DNA from: Paracoccaceae bacterium | GTDB taxonomy: Bacteria; Pseudomonadota; Alphaproteobacteria; Rhodobacterales; Rhodobacteraceae | Direction: 5' to 3' | DNA: 42,475 nucleotides | Assembly: GCA_037969545.1 (NCBI GenBank) | Contig: JBBKXP010000287.1 | Location: forward strand, 1 to 42,475 | Shown here: positions 26,170 to 35,100 of the stretch, in pieces | How the letters are laid out: every line of letters begins with the position of its first letter | How positions within the stretch are numbered: the stretch's first letter is position 1 | Notes under the pieces: generated by a model | Told to the model about the DNA's origin: nothing | Database searches by the model: none | Seen by the model: only the letters and a program-made list of their open reading frames with translations | Position numbers and translations under genes: made by a program

Positions 26170-26805
26170 TTAGTGGAATTTCGGCCCGTCCGGCGGGATC
26201 AGGGCATCGTCTGCAGCAGTGGCGCGCTGCCGCGCCGGGCGTGCGAGGATGCGCGCCCAATAATCGGCAAAGGGTGCAGTTTCGGGAATTGCGCCGAACT
26301 GCATCGACCAGCCGATCTGCGAGCCAAGCACCACATCGACCGCCGAAAAACTGTCGCCCAACAGATAGGGGCGTCCGTCCGACAGCAGGTGTTCCAGCGT
26401 CCGGGTGATGCGGGCAAGACTGCCGTAGCCGGCCCGCCCCTCTTGTTCTGGTTTCAGAGTGACACCCAGCGACTGGTTCAGCACCGCCGCCTCGAGCGGG
26501 CCGGCAAAGAACATCCATCGGTAGTAAGCACCGCGTTTAGCGCTGCCGACGGGCGGACACAGTTGCACATCGGTCGCCGCGTCGGCCAGATAGGCGCAGA
26601 TCGCCGCGACCTCGGTCACCACCGCTTCGCCGTGGACAAGGCATGGCACCTTGCCCATCGGATTCAGCGCCAGATAGGCGGCGCTGTTCATGTCGGGGCC
26701 GTAACCGACGATTTCGACGGTGTGGTTCAGCCCGGTTTCCTCGATCATCCAGCGGGTCATCCGACCCCGCGACATCGGATTGGTATATAGAATGAAGTCC
26801 GCCAT
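26170..26805 (-). CDS. glutathione S-transferase family protein
   Basis: 211 aa. The N-terminal thioredoxin-like part has a GKVP motif (LNPMGKVPCLVHGE). The C-terminal part is the helical GST domain. Confidence 0.85.
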   Translation of the reverse strand: MADFILYTNPMSRGRMTRWMIEETGLNHTVEIVGYGPDMNSAAYLALNPMGKVPCLVHGEAVVTEVAAICAYLADAATDVQLCPPVGSAKRGAYYRWMFFAGPLEAAVLNQSLGVTLKPEQEGRAGYGSLARITRTLEHLLSDGRPYLLGDSFSAVDVVLGSQIGWSMQFGAIPETAPFADYWARILARPARQRATAADDALIPPDGPKFH

Positions 26806-26874
26806 GCGTGCGATTCCCTTGTTTTGTCCGGCTCATTCTAGGCCGCTTGCCGCCGCGGGAACAGGAGGCCGGGA

Positions 26875-27705
26875 ATGAGTTGGCTGACCGACACGAAAAT
26901 CCCCGTGGGCGACGCCGCCGAGGTGATATTCGACTGGCTCAAGACCAACGGCCGGTGGTTCTTTGATGGCATGACAACGGTGATGGAGACGCTGATCGAT
27001 GGCGTTCTGTGGCTGCTGCAATCGCCACCGCCGTTTGTTGTGATTGCGGCGTTTGTGGTACTGACGTGGGTGCTGCAGCGGTCGTGGAAAATCTGCCTGC
27101 TGGTCCTGTTCGGCTTTCTTTTCATCCTCAATCAGGGTTACTGGGACGAAACCACAGACAGTCTGACGCTGGTCCTGTCGGCCTGTGTCGTCTGCATGGG
27201 GATCGGGGTGCCGATCGGCATCTGGCTGGCGCACCGCCCGCGCGCCTATAATGTCGTCAGCCCGATACTGGACCTGATGCAAACCCTGCCGACATTCGTC
27301 TACCTGATCCCGGCGATCATTTTTTTCGGCCTCGGCATGGTGCCGGGACTGATTGCGACGGTGATCTTCGTGCTACCGGCGCCGATCCGGCTTACCTATC
27401 TTGGGGTCTCGTCGACGCCCACGACATTGCTTGAGGCGTCGAATGCGTTTGGTGCAACGCCGCGCCAGACACTGACGAAGGTCGAACTGCCTTATGCCTT
27501 TCCGCAGATCATGGCGGGGCTGAACCAGACGATCATGCTGTCGTTGTCGATGGTCGTCATTGCCGCCTATGTCGGCGCGAACGGGCTGGGCAAGCCGGTG
27601 GTTCAGGCGCTGGCGCGGGTCGATACCGCGCTCGGGTTCGAAAGCGGTTTTGTCATTGTGGTGGTCGCCATCCTGCTTGACCGCATGTTGCGGGTGAAGC
27701 GATGA
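26875..27705 (+). CDS. choW: choline / glycine-betaine ABC transporter permease
   Basis: 276 aa with an AGGAGG RBS. It has a BPD-transporter permease core (LMQTLPTFVYLIPAIIFFGLGMVPG) of ProW/ChoW type. Confidence 0.82.
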   Translation: MSWLTDTKIPVGDAAEVIFDWLKTNGRWFFDGMTTVMETLIDGVLWLLQSPPPFVVIAAFVVLTWVLQRSWKICLLVLFGFLFILNQGYWDETTDSLTLVLSACVVCMGIGVPIGIWLAHRPRAYNVVSPILDLMQTLPTFVYLIPAIIFFGLGMVPGLIATVIFVLPAPIRLTYLGVSSTPTTLLEASNAFGATPRQTLTKVELPYAFPQIMAGLNQTIMLSLSMVVIAAYVGANGLGKPVVQALARVDTALGFESGFVIVVVAILLDRMLRVKR

Positions 27706-28715
27706 GCGTCGCTGTCAGTTTCGATGCGGTGAACATCGTTTTTGGTGACAAACCGGATGTCGCCCTGCCGCTGATGGACAAGGGCCAGCATCGGGCCGAG
27801 ATTCAAAAGGCGACCGGGCAGGTTCTGGGCGTGCATGATTGTTCGCTGGACGTGCAATCGGGCGAAATTCTGGTGCTGATGGGCCTCAGCGGATCGGGCA
27901 AATCGACGCTGCTGCGCGCGGTCAACGGATTGAATCCGGTAGCGCGGGGCAAGGTGGTGATCCACGATGGCGACTGGTCGTGCGATGTCAGCAACGCCAG
28001 CACCCCCGATCTGCTGCGGGTACGCCGCGAATGTGTGGCGATGGTGTTCCAGCAATTCGGCCTGCTGCCGTGGCGCAGCGTGCGCGACAACGTCGGGCTG
28101 GGGCTTGAACTGGCCAAGATGCCAAAGGCGGACCGCAACGCCAAGGTCGATGAACAACTGGCACTGGTCGGCCTGTCGGACTGGGCCGATCGCAAGGTGG
28201 GCGAACTGTCGGGTGGCATGCAGCAGCGCGTCGGGCTGGCGCGGGCCTTTGTGACCGAAGCCCCGATCCTGTTGATGGACGAACCGTTTTCGGCTCTCGA
28301 CCCACTGATCCGGGCGCGGTTGAAGGACGAACTGCTGTATCTGCAAATGTCGCTGAAACGCACGTTCATCTTTGTATCGCACGATCTGGACGAGGCGTTC
28401 AAACTGGGCAACCGGATCGCAATCATGGAAGGGGGCCGGATCATCCAATGCGGCTCTCCGCGCGACATTTTCACCAATCCGGTGAATGAATACGTGGCCG
28501 ATTTCGTCGCCCACATGAATCCGCTGGGGGTGCTGACGGCACGGGACGTGATGGAGGCCGGTGGCGGGGCAGGCCCACAGATTGGGGCGGAAACCCCGGT
28601 CAAGGACATCATCGCGCAACTGCAGGAGGCCAAGACGTTGACCGTGTTGGAACAGGGTCAGACCATCGGGCAAGTGACGCACGATTCAGTTTTGGCGCGG
28701 CTCGCGGCGGGCTAG
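27702..28715 (+). CDS. choV: choline / glycine-betaine ABC transporter ATP-binding protein
   Basis: 337 aa with Walker A (GLSGSGKST), the ABC signature (LSGGMQQRV) and Walker B (ILLMDEPFSALD). There is an ATGA overlap with choW. Confidence 0.86.
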   Translation: MSVAVSFDAVNIVFGDKPDVALPLMDKGQHRAEIQKATGQVLGVHDCSLDVQSGEILVLMGLSGSGKSTLLRAVNGLNPVARGKVVIHDGDWSCDVSNASTPDLLRVRRECVAMVFQQFGLLPWRSVRDNVGLGLELAKMPKADRNAKVDEQLALVGLSDWADRKVGELSGGMQQRVGLARAFVTEAPILLMDEPFSALDPLIRARLKDELLYLQMSLKRTFIFVSHDLDEAFKLGNRIAIMEGGRIIQCGSPRDIFTNPVNEYVADFVAHMNPLGVLTARDVMEAGGGAGPQIGAETPVKDIIAQLQEAKTLTVLEQGQTIGQVTHDSVLARLAAG

Positions 28716-29605
28716 ACCTTGGTCTGCGTCAGGGTCGGCGTGACTACCCGCTGCGCACGCGCCTCGCGCCAGGTGATGAAACTGATCGCGGCCATGATGA
28801 TTGCGCCGCCCAAGACCACGTAGCCGTCGATGCCTTCATCAAACACAAGCCAGCCCAGACTGACGGCCCAGATCAGTTGCAAGAACGTGACTGGCTGCGT
28901 CACCGTCAACGGGGCTGCAGCAAAAGCCAGTGTCATCGTATAGTGGCCGGCGGTGGCGAAACTGGCGACCAGCAACAACCAGGCCAGTTGCGTCCCCGTC
29001 ACCGGCACCCAGACCGCCCAGGCAAACGGGGCCAGCCCGATGGTCACGGTGATCGACAACATACCGACGACGACCGCCGGACTTACTTCGTCCGCCACGA
29101 TCTTGGCGATCAGATAACCAACCGCGAACAGGACGGCCGTGACCAACATGGCGATGTGGCCGGGTTCGATCGCCTTGACGCCGGGGCGCAGGATGATGAC
29201 GGCGCCCAACAGCGCGATGATCACCGCAATCACCCGGCGAAGGGGCAGCTTTTCCCCAAGGAACAGTGCCGCGCCCAAGGTGACGTAGATCGGCGAAAGG
29301 TAATTCATCGCCGTCACCTCGGCCAGAGGGATCCGGGCCATCGCAAAGAACCACAGGATCACCGCCCCGGTATGGGCGAGCCCGCGATAAGCGAACAGCT
29401 TGAGTTGCCGGGTGGTCAGGCGTGCCGCAAGGATCGGGCGGATCATCGGGATCAGGAAAATCAGGCCAAGGAAATAACGCAGAAACGCCGACTGCGCCGC
29501 CGGGATACCCTGCCCCAGATGCTTGACGATGGCGGTGACGGCGACAAAGCAGAGGCCGGTCAGGACCATCCAGAGGATACCGACAAGGGGGCGTTGGGGT
29601 GTCAT
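28712..29605 (-). CDS. DMT (EamA) family transporter
   Basis: 297 aa with 10 hydrophobic helices and a two-EamA-repeat layout. Confidence 0.8.
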   Translation of the reverse strand: MTPQRPLVGILWMVLTGLCFVAVTAIVKHLGQGIPAAQSAFLRYFLGLIFLIPMIRPILAARLTTRQLKLFAYRGLAHTGAVILWFFAMARIPLAEVTAMNYLSPIYVTLGAALFLGEKLPLRRVIAVIIALLGAVIILRPGVKAIEPGHIAMLVTAVLFAVGYLIAKIVADEVSPAVVVGMLSITVTIGLAPFAWAVWVPVTGTQLAWLLLVASFATAGHYTMTLAFAAAPLTVTQPVTFLQLIWAVSLGWLVFDEGIDGYVVLGGAIIMAAISFITWREARAQRVVTPTLTQTKV

Positions 29606-29648
29606 GGATGTGTGTTGGCAGGATTGGGATGGGGCGGCAAGGGGGCGG

Positions 29649-30278
29649 TCAGCGTTGCGAATGGAAATCCTTTGAAGCCAGCAATACCGCCGCCGCGATC
29701 ATAAGACCGCCGCAGACCTTGTTTACCAGTCCGAACGAAAACCGCTTCAGGGTGGCAGCGGCGTGGATGCCCAGCCAGCCCCACAGCATCAGGATGGCCC
29801 CGTCGACGATCAGGTAAGTCAGTCCAAGAATGAACAGTTGCGGCAGCACCGGGGCCGCGGGGTCGATAAACTGCGGGAACAGCGCACCAAAGAACACGAC
29901 CGCAAACGGGTTCGCCATCGACGTGACGAACCCCTGCCGGAACAGGCGGAAACCTTCGCCCGACGCATTTGCCTGCACACTACCGCTTTGTGGTTTGGAC
30001 AGGACCAGTTGCACGCCAATCCAGACCAGATAGGCGACACCGAACCATTTGATCCACGTAAAGGCGCTGGCTGACGTGGCGACGATTGCCGCCAGACCGA
30101 ACGCGGCGCCGGTCATCTGCACCGCGTTCGCCGTCAGATCACCGGCCACGGTGAACCCGCTTTTGCGCAACCCGTACCGGATGCTGTTGGAGATGACGAG
30201 CAACTGACTTGTGTCAGGCGGGGTCGCAAAGAACACAGCGACCGCAGCCAGATAAATCAGGTAGGTTTCCATCGGCAT
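29649..30278 (-). CDS. LysE/RhtB family amino-acid exporter
   Basis: 209 aa with 6 helices. The N-terminal FFATPPDTSQLLVISNS is LysE-family-like. The start could also be the ATG at 30272. Confidence 0.78.
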   Translation of the reverse strand: MPMETYLIYLAAVAVFFATPPDTSQLLVISNSIRYGLRKSGFTVAGDLTANAVQMTGAAFGLAAIVATSASAFTWIKWFGVAYLVWIGVQLVLSKPQSGSVQANASGEGFRLFRQGFVTSMANPFAVVFFGALFPQFIDPAAPVLPQLFILGLTYLIVDGAILMLWGWLGIHAAATLKRFSFGLVNKVCGGLMIAAAVLLASKDFHSQR

Positions 30279-30368
30279 GCGCGGCGTCCCGTTGTCGGTG
30301 GAGCGAGGTTAGGATGACAGAGTGTGGGTGGCAATCGGCGTCAGTGGATGATGGGCAGATTGCCTATC

Positions 30369-31118
30369 CTACGAGTTGGCGTAAGCCTCCATCACCTCGT
30401 CACTCGCGTCCAGATTGGTCGTCACCGTCTGAACGTCGTCGTCGTCTTCCAGCGTTTCGACCAGCCGCATCAGTTTGGTGACGCCCTCAAGGTCGAGTTC
30501 CGAGCGCAGGTTGGGTTTCCAGATCAGTTTGGTCGTCACACTTTCACCCAATGCGGCTTCAAGCGCATTCGCCACCTCGTTCAGATCGGTGTCGGCGCAG
30601 GTGATCCAGTGGCCTTCGATGTCTGACTCGACATCCTCGGCCCCGGCCTCGATCGCCGCCATCATCACGGTGTCGGCGTCCCCGGCCTCTGGCCCATAGG
30701 CGATCTCGCCCTTGCGGTCGAACATGAAGCCGACGCTGCCGGTCTCGCCCAGATTGCCGCCGCTTTTGGTGAATGTGGACCGGACGACCGACGCAGTGCG
30801 GTTGCGGTTGTCGGTCATCGCCTCGACGATCACGGCGACACCGCCGGGGCCATAGCCCTCGTAGCGGATTTCGTCGTAACTCTCGGCATCGCCACCTTGG
30901 GACTTCTTGATCGCGCGGTCGATCACCTCTTTGGGGACCGACAGCGATTTGGCCTCTTTCACGGCAAGGCGCAGGCGCGGGTTCTTGTCAGGGTCGGGTT
31001 CGCCCATCTTGGCGGCGACGGTGATTTCCTTGGCTGCCTTGGAAAACACCTTGGCGCGCAGTTTGTCCTGACGCCCCTTGCGGTGCTGGATGTTTGCCCA
31101 TTTGGAATGGCCGGCCAT
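30369..31118 (-). CDS. yebC: YebC/PmpR family DNA-binding transcriptional regulator
   Basis: ORF 30369..31205 trimmed to the ATG at 31118 ([27 protein letters not shown]...), giving 249 aa. This is the hallmark YebC N-terminus. Confidence 0.9.
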   Translation of the reverse strand: MAGHSKWANIQHRKGRQDKLRAKVFSKAAKEITVAAKMGEPDPDKNPRLRLAVKEAKSLSVPKEVIDRAIKKSQGGDAESYDEIRYEGYGPGGVAVIVEAMTDNRNRTASVVRSTFTKSGGNLGETGSVGFMFDRKGEIAYGPEAGDADTVMMAAIEAGAEDVESDIEGHWITCADTDLNEVANALEAALGESVTTKLIWKPNLRSELDLEGVTKLMRLVETLEDDDDVQTVTTNLDASDEVMEAYANS

Positions 31119-31289
31119 GTCTTTGCCTCGATCGGATGTGGAAGATTTCGCGTCTCTATAGGCATGGCGCGGGATTGCCGCAAGTCCGTGTCGACGCGCC
31201 GCCACGGGGGTGACATTCGGATGGAGGCGTGGAACCTATGAGTCTGGCGCGGCTTGGTTTAAAGTGGACGGGAAACAACGGGAAACATC

Positions 31290-33071
31290 ATGACAACCGA
31301 CCAGATCATCCTGTTTTTCCTCTTTGGCGCCGTCTTTGCCCTGATGCTGTGGGGTCGGTGGCGCTATGATCTCGTCGCGTTTTCGGCGCTGATGGCTGGA
31401 GTGGTTCTGGGCGTGGTGCCGACCAAGGATGCGTTCAGCGGGTTCGGGCATCCGGCGACCTTGATTGTCGCCCTTGTGCTGGTGGTGTCGGCGGGCCTTG
31501 TGCGGTCGGGCGCGGTATATCTGATCACCCGGACGATGGTGGATTCGGCGCGTGCCCTTGGCGGCCATATCGCCCTGATGGGCGGGATCGCCGCCGTCTT
31601 GTCGGCCTTCATGAACAATGTCGCCGCGCTGGCCCTGCTGATGCCGGTGGATATCCAGACCGCGCGCAAGGCGAAACGGGCGGTCGGCCTGTCGCTGATG
31701 CCACTGTCGTTCGCCACGATCCTAGGCGGCATGGCGACCCTGATCGGCACCCCGCCGAACATCATCATTGCGCAGATCCGGGCGGAAAGCCTTGGCGAAC
31801 CGTTTCAGATGTTCGATTTCGCCCCCGTGGGCGGCGTGGTGGCGCTGGCTGGACTGGCGTTTGTCGCGCTGATCGGCTGGCGGCTGATCCCGCAGCGCGA
31901 CACCGCCTTTTCAGAAGGCAGTTTGGTGGATGATTACGCCGACTACCTGTCCGAACTGACGGTGCCCGCCAAAAGCAAGCAGATCGGCAAGATGGTGCGC
32001 GATCTTTACGAGGATGCGGACAAGGCCGATGTCGCCATCATTGGTCTGATCCGCGAGGGAAAGCGCCGGTTTGGCAACGCCCGCAATACCGAGATCACCG
32101 CCGGCGATACCCTGCTGATCGAAGCGACGCCCGAGGCGCTCGACGAATTCCGCGCCGCCCTCAAGCTGGATTTCAGCGACGCCGATCGCGCGGATCTGCT
32201 GAAGGCCGCTGGCGACGGGTTGAGCCTGATCGAAGTCGTGGTCACCGACCAGAGCCGGATCAACGGGAAATCCGCACAGAAAATCGGGTTGGCATGGCGT
32301 CAGCGCACGGTCCTGATGGGTCTGTCGCGCCGGGGCCGTCAGATCAAGGACCATGTCCGCAAAGAGATCGTCAAGGCGGGTGACATTCTGCTGTTGCTGG
32401 TGCCAACGGCCAGCGCAGCCGAAGTGACCGAGTGGCTGGGCTGCCTGCCGCTGGCCGAACGCGGCCTCAAGGTCACAGCGGACCGCAAGGTCTGGTTGGG
32501 GATCGGGCTGTTCGGCGCGGCCGTCGCGGCGGCGTCGCTCGGGCTGGTCTATCTGCCCGTGGCGCTGGGGCTGGTGGTCGTGGCCTATGTGCTGACCGGG
32601 ATCATGCCGCTGACCGAAATCTACGATCACATCGAATGGCCGGTCGTCGTTCTGCTGGGATCGATGATCCCGCTGGGGGCGGCGCTGGAAACCTCGGGCG
32701 GAACGCAACTGATCGCCGGGGCGCTTGTCGGGCTGACCGCGGGGATGCCGGCCTGGGTCATCCTGACGGTTCTTATGGTGGTGACGATGACGCTGTCGGA
32801 TGTCCTGAACAACACCGCCACGACAATCGTCGCCGCGCCGGTCGGAATCCAGATGGCGCAGACGTTGGGGGTCAACCCCGATCCGTTCCTGATGGCCGTC
32901 GCGGTGGCGGCCTCCTGCGCCTTCCTGACCCCGATCGGGCACAAGAACAACACCCTGATCCTTGGCCCCGGCGGCTATGGCTTTGGCGACTACTGGCGGA
33001 TGGGTCTGCCGCTGGAAATCATCGTGGTGGTGGTGGCGATTCCGGCGATCATGGTGTTCTGGCCGCTTTAG
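31290..33071 (+). CDS. SLC13/DASS-type permease with two central TrkA-C domains
   Basis: 593 aa. Transmembrane halves flank two TrkA-C-like repeats (ELTVPAKSKQIGKMVRDL..., IEVVVTDQSRINGKSAQKI...). Confidence 0.85.
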   Translation: MTTDQIILFFLFGAVFALMLWGRWRYDLVAFSALMAGVVLGVVPTKDAFSGFGHPATLIVALVLVVSAGLVRSGAVYLITRTMVDSARALGGHIALMGGIAAVLSAFMNNVAALALLMPVDIQTARKAKRAVGLSLMPLSFATILGGMATLIGTPPNIIIAQIRAESLGEPFQMFDFAPVGGVVALAGLAFVALIGWRLIPQRDTAFSEGSLVDDYADYLSELTVPAKSKQIGKMVRDLYEDADKADVAIIGLIREGKRRFGNARNTEITAGDTLLIEATPEALDEFRAALKLDFSDADRADLLKAAGDGLSLIEVVVTDQSRINGKSAQKIGLAWRQRTVLMGLSRRGRQIKDHVRKEIVKAGDILLLLVPTASAAEVTEWLGCLPLAERGLKVTADRKVWLGIGLFGAAVAAASLGLVYLPVALGLVVVAYVLTGIMPLTEIYDHIEWPVVVLLGSMIPLGAALETSGGTQLIAGALVGLTAGMPAWVILTVLMVVTMTLSDVLNNTATTIVAAPVGIQMAQTLGVNPDPFLMAVAVAASCAFLTPIGHKNNTLILGPGGYGFGDYWRMGLPLEIIVVVVAIPAIMVFWPL

Positions 33072-33168
33072 AGCAGTTCAGGTTTCATCGGAATCGGATT
33101 TCGCTTTCTCTCGCTACGCTCGAACGCGACTTCCGATCCGACTCTTTCCAAGAAAACCTGAACCGCTG
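33071..33168. repeat. 98-bp palindromic MITE-like element, copy B, flanked by TA/TA
   Basis: It has the same length as copy A and shares 85/98 positions. The terminal inverted repeats are GAGCAGTTCAGGTTT / AAACCTGAACCGCTG. TA lies at 33069-70 and 33169-70. It sits between the stops of two convergent SLC13 genes. Confidence 0.75.
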
Positions 33169-33179
33169 TAGCCGGACAT

Positions 33180-34976
33180 CTATGGGTAAAGCGGCCACAT
33201 CAGCGGGATCAATGCCGAGGCCAGCAGGCCAACGGTCAGGTTCAGCGGAATCCCGACCTTGAGGAAATCGGTGAATTTATAGCCGCCGGGACCATAAACC
33301 ATCATGTTGGTCTGATAGCTGATCGGCGTTGCAAAGGTCGCGCTGGCGGCGATCATAACCGCAATGACCAACGGGCGCGGATCGACCCCCATCGAAAGCG
33401 CCAGACCAATTGCCACGGGCGTCAACACCACGGCAACGGCGTGGTTGATCAGTTCCGACAGGACCGAGGTCAGCAGATAGATCGCCCAGACAATCAGAAA
33501 CGGCGGCAAATCGGCAATTGGCGGTGCAATGACCTTGACGACCAGCTCGATCGCACCCGAGGTTTCCAGCGCCGTGGCGACGGCGAGCATCGCAAAGATC
33601 AGGGCAAGCAAGCGGCCGTCGATGACCGAAAAGGCCTCGTCAGCATCGATACAACGGGTGACAAAGATCACCGCCATCGCCAGCACGGCCAGCAGCAGGA
33701 TCGGTGCGACGCCAAAAGCAGCAAGCAGAACGAGGCCGGCAAGGGCTGCCAGTGCCACTGGCGCCTGCCTGCGGCGATAGGCGCGCGCACTGGGCTGGCT
33801 GACGTTGACCAGATCGGCATCGGCTGCCAGCCGCCCGATGTCTTCAGCCGCACCCTCGAGCAGCAACGTGTCACCGACACGAACCACAACTTCGTCCAGT
33901 TTGCCGCCCATGTTCTGATTCCGGCGATGCACCGCCAGCGGATAGACTCCGTACCGGCGCCGCAAACGCAACGCGCCGAGCGAGCGGCCCACAAATGTCG
34001 CGCCCGGGGTGATCAGCACCTCGACCGTCGTGGTTTCGCGCGATGACAGTTTGTCGACCATCCGCATATCCATCCGCAGATCGGGATTCGCCTGAAGCCC
34101 CAGCAATTCTTCCATCTCGGTGCGCAAAACCACACGGTCGCCTGCCGCGACCACGACCGTCGCCATGTCGCGGCGCAGCGACCGGTCGCCGCGCAACACG
34201 TCGATCAGACGCACGCCGTCACGCTTGAACACGTCGACATCGGTCACTGTCTGACCGATCAATGAGCTTTCCTCGGGGACCGCGACCTCGGTAAAGAACT
34301 TCATCTTGGCGCGGTCACCCAGAAGGCTTGCCATGCTCGAGCGGTCGGGCAGCAGCCGGGGCGCGATGAAACGCAGATAGATCGCACCCCAGATGACCAA
34401 TGGCACCGCCAACGGTGTCACCTCGAAAATCGAAAAGGGTTCAAGGCCGCGGGCCCGGGCGACACCATCGACCAGCAGGTTGGTCGACGTGCCGATCAGC
34501 GTCAGGGTGCCGCCGAGGATCGCCATGTAGGACAGCGGGATCAGCATCTTGCTGGCCGAAACGCTAAGTTTTTGCGAGAGCTGTACGAATACCGGGATCA
34601 TCACCAGAACGACCGGGGTGTTGTTGACGAAGGCCGAGGCGAAAACGACGAAAACCATCAATGACCCGATGGCCATGGCGGGACTGGTATCGGCCCGCGA
34701 CACCGCCAGTTTGGTGAACCATTCCAGCGCCCCGGTCCTGACCAGCGCACCCATGACAATGAACATCGCCGCAATGGTCCAGGGGGCTGAATTCGACAGG
34801 ACGTGGATCGCGTCCTCGTAGGGCAGAAGCCCCAGCGCCAGCATCGCGGCGGCCCCGGCAATCGCCGTCACCTCGGCCGGATAGGTTTCCCGGATGAACA
34901 GGGCGAACATGACAGCGACGACAAGCAACGTCATTGCTGCCTGAGTTTCCTGTGATAACGCAAAGTAAATAGCCAT
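33180..34976 (-). CDS. SLC13/DASS-type permease with TrkA-C domains
   Basis: 598 aa. It is clearly paralogous to 35101..36882 (e.g. LSNSAPWTIA.MF.IMGALVRTGAL, SAFVNNTPVV.VMIPVF, LIGTSTNLLVDGVA). Confidence 0.85.
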   Translation of the reverse strand: MAIYFALSQETQAAMTLLVVAVMFALFIRETYPAEVTAIAGAAAMLALGLLPYEDAIHVLSNSAPWTIAAMFIVMGALVRTGALEWFTKLAVSRADTSPAMAIGSLMVFVVFASAFVNNTPVVLVMIPVFVQLSQKLSVSASKMLIPLSYMAILGGTLTLIGTSTNLLVDGVARARGLEPFSIFEVTPLAVPLVIWGAIYLRFIAPRLLPDRSSMASLLGDRAKMKFFTEVAVPEESSLIGQTVTDVDVFKRDGVRLIDVLRGDRSLRRDMATVVVAAGDRVVLRTEMEELLGLQANPDLRMDMRMVDKLSSRETTTVEVLITPGATFVGRSLGALRLRRRYGVYPLAVHRRNQNMGGKLDEVVVRVGDTLLLEGAAEDIGRLAADADLVNVSQPSARAYRRRQAPVALAALAGLVLLAAFGVAPILLLAVLAMAVIFVTRCIDADEAFSVIDGRLLALIFAMLAVATALETSGAIELVVKVIAPPIADLPPFLIVWAIYLLTSVLSELINHAVAVVLTPVAIGLALSMGVDPRPLVIAVMIAASATFATPISYQTNMMVYGPGGYKFTDFLKVGIPLNLTVGLLASALIPLMWPLYP

Positions 34977-35100
34977 CCGGACCTATGTTTCTCTTGTTTC
35001 GGGGTGTGCCGCAAGCATTTTTGGTCGTGCCGCGTTCAGTATCCCGGCCTTGGGCGGCGCATCGCAACCTCGATTTCGGGCGGGTGGAATCCAGCGACAA

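Noticed and set aside
28712-28715. Convergent choV and DMT genes share a palindromic CTAG in which both stop codons (TAG) overlap
   Set aside because: It is real in the sequence, but it is a trivial consequence of the TAG reverse complement being CTA. No functional implication is evident.
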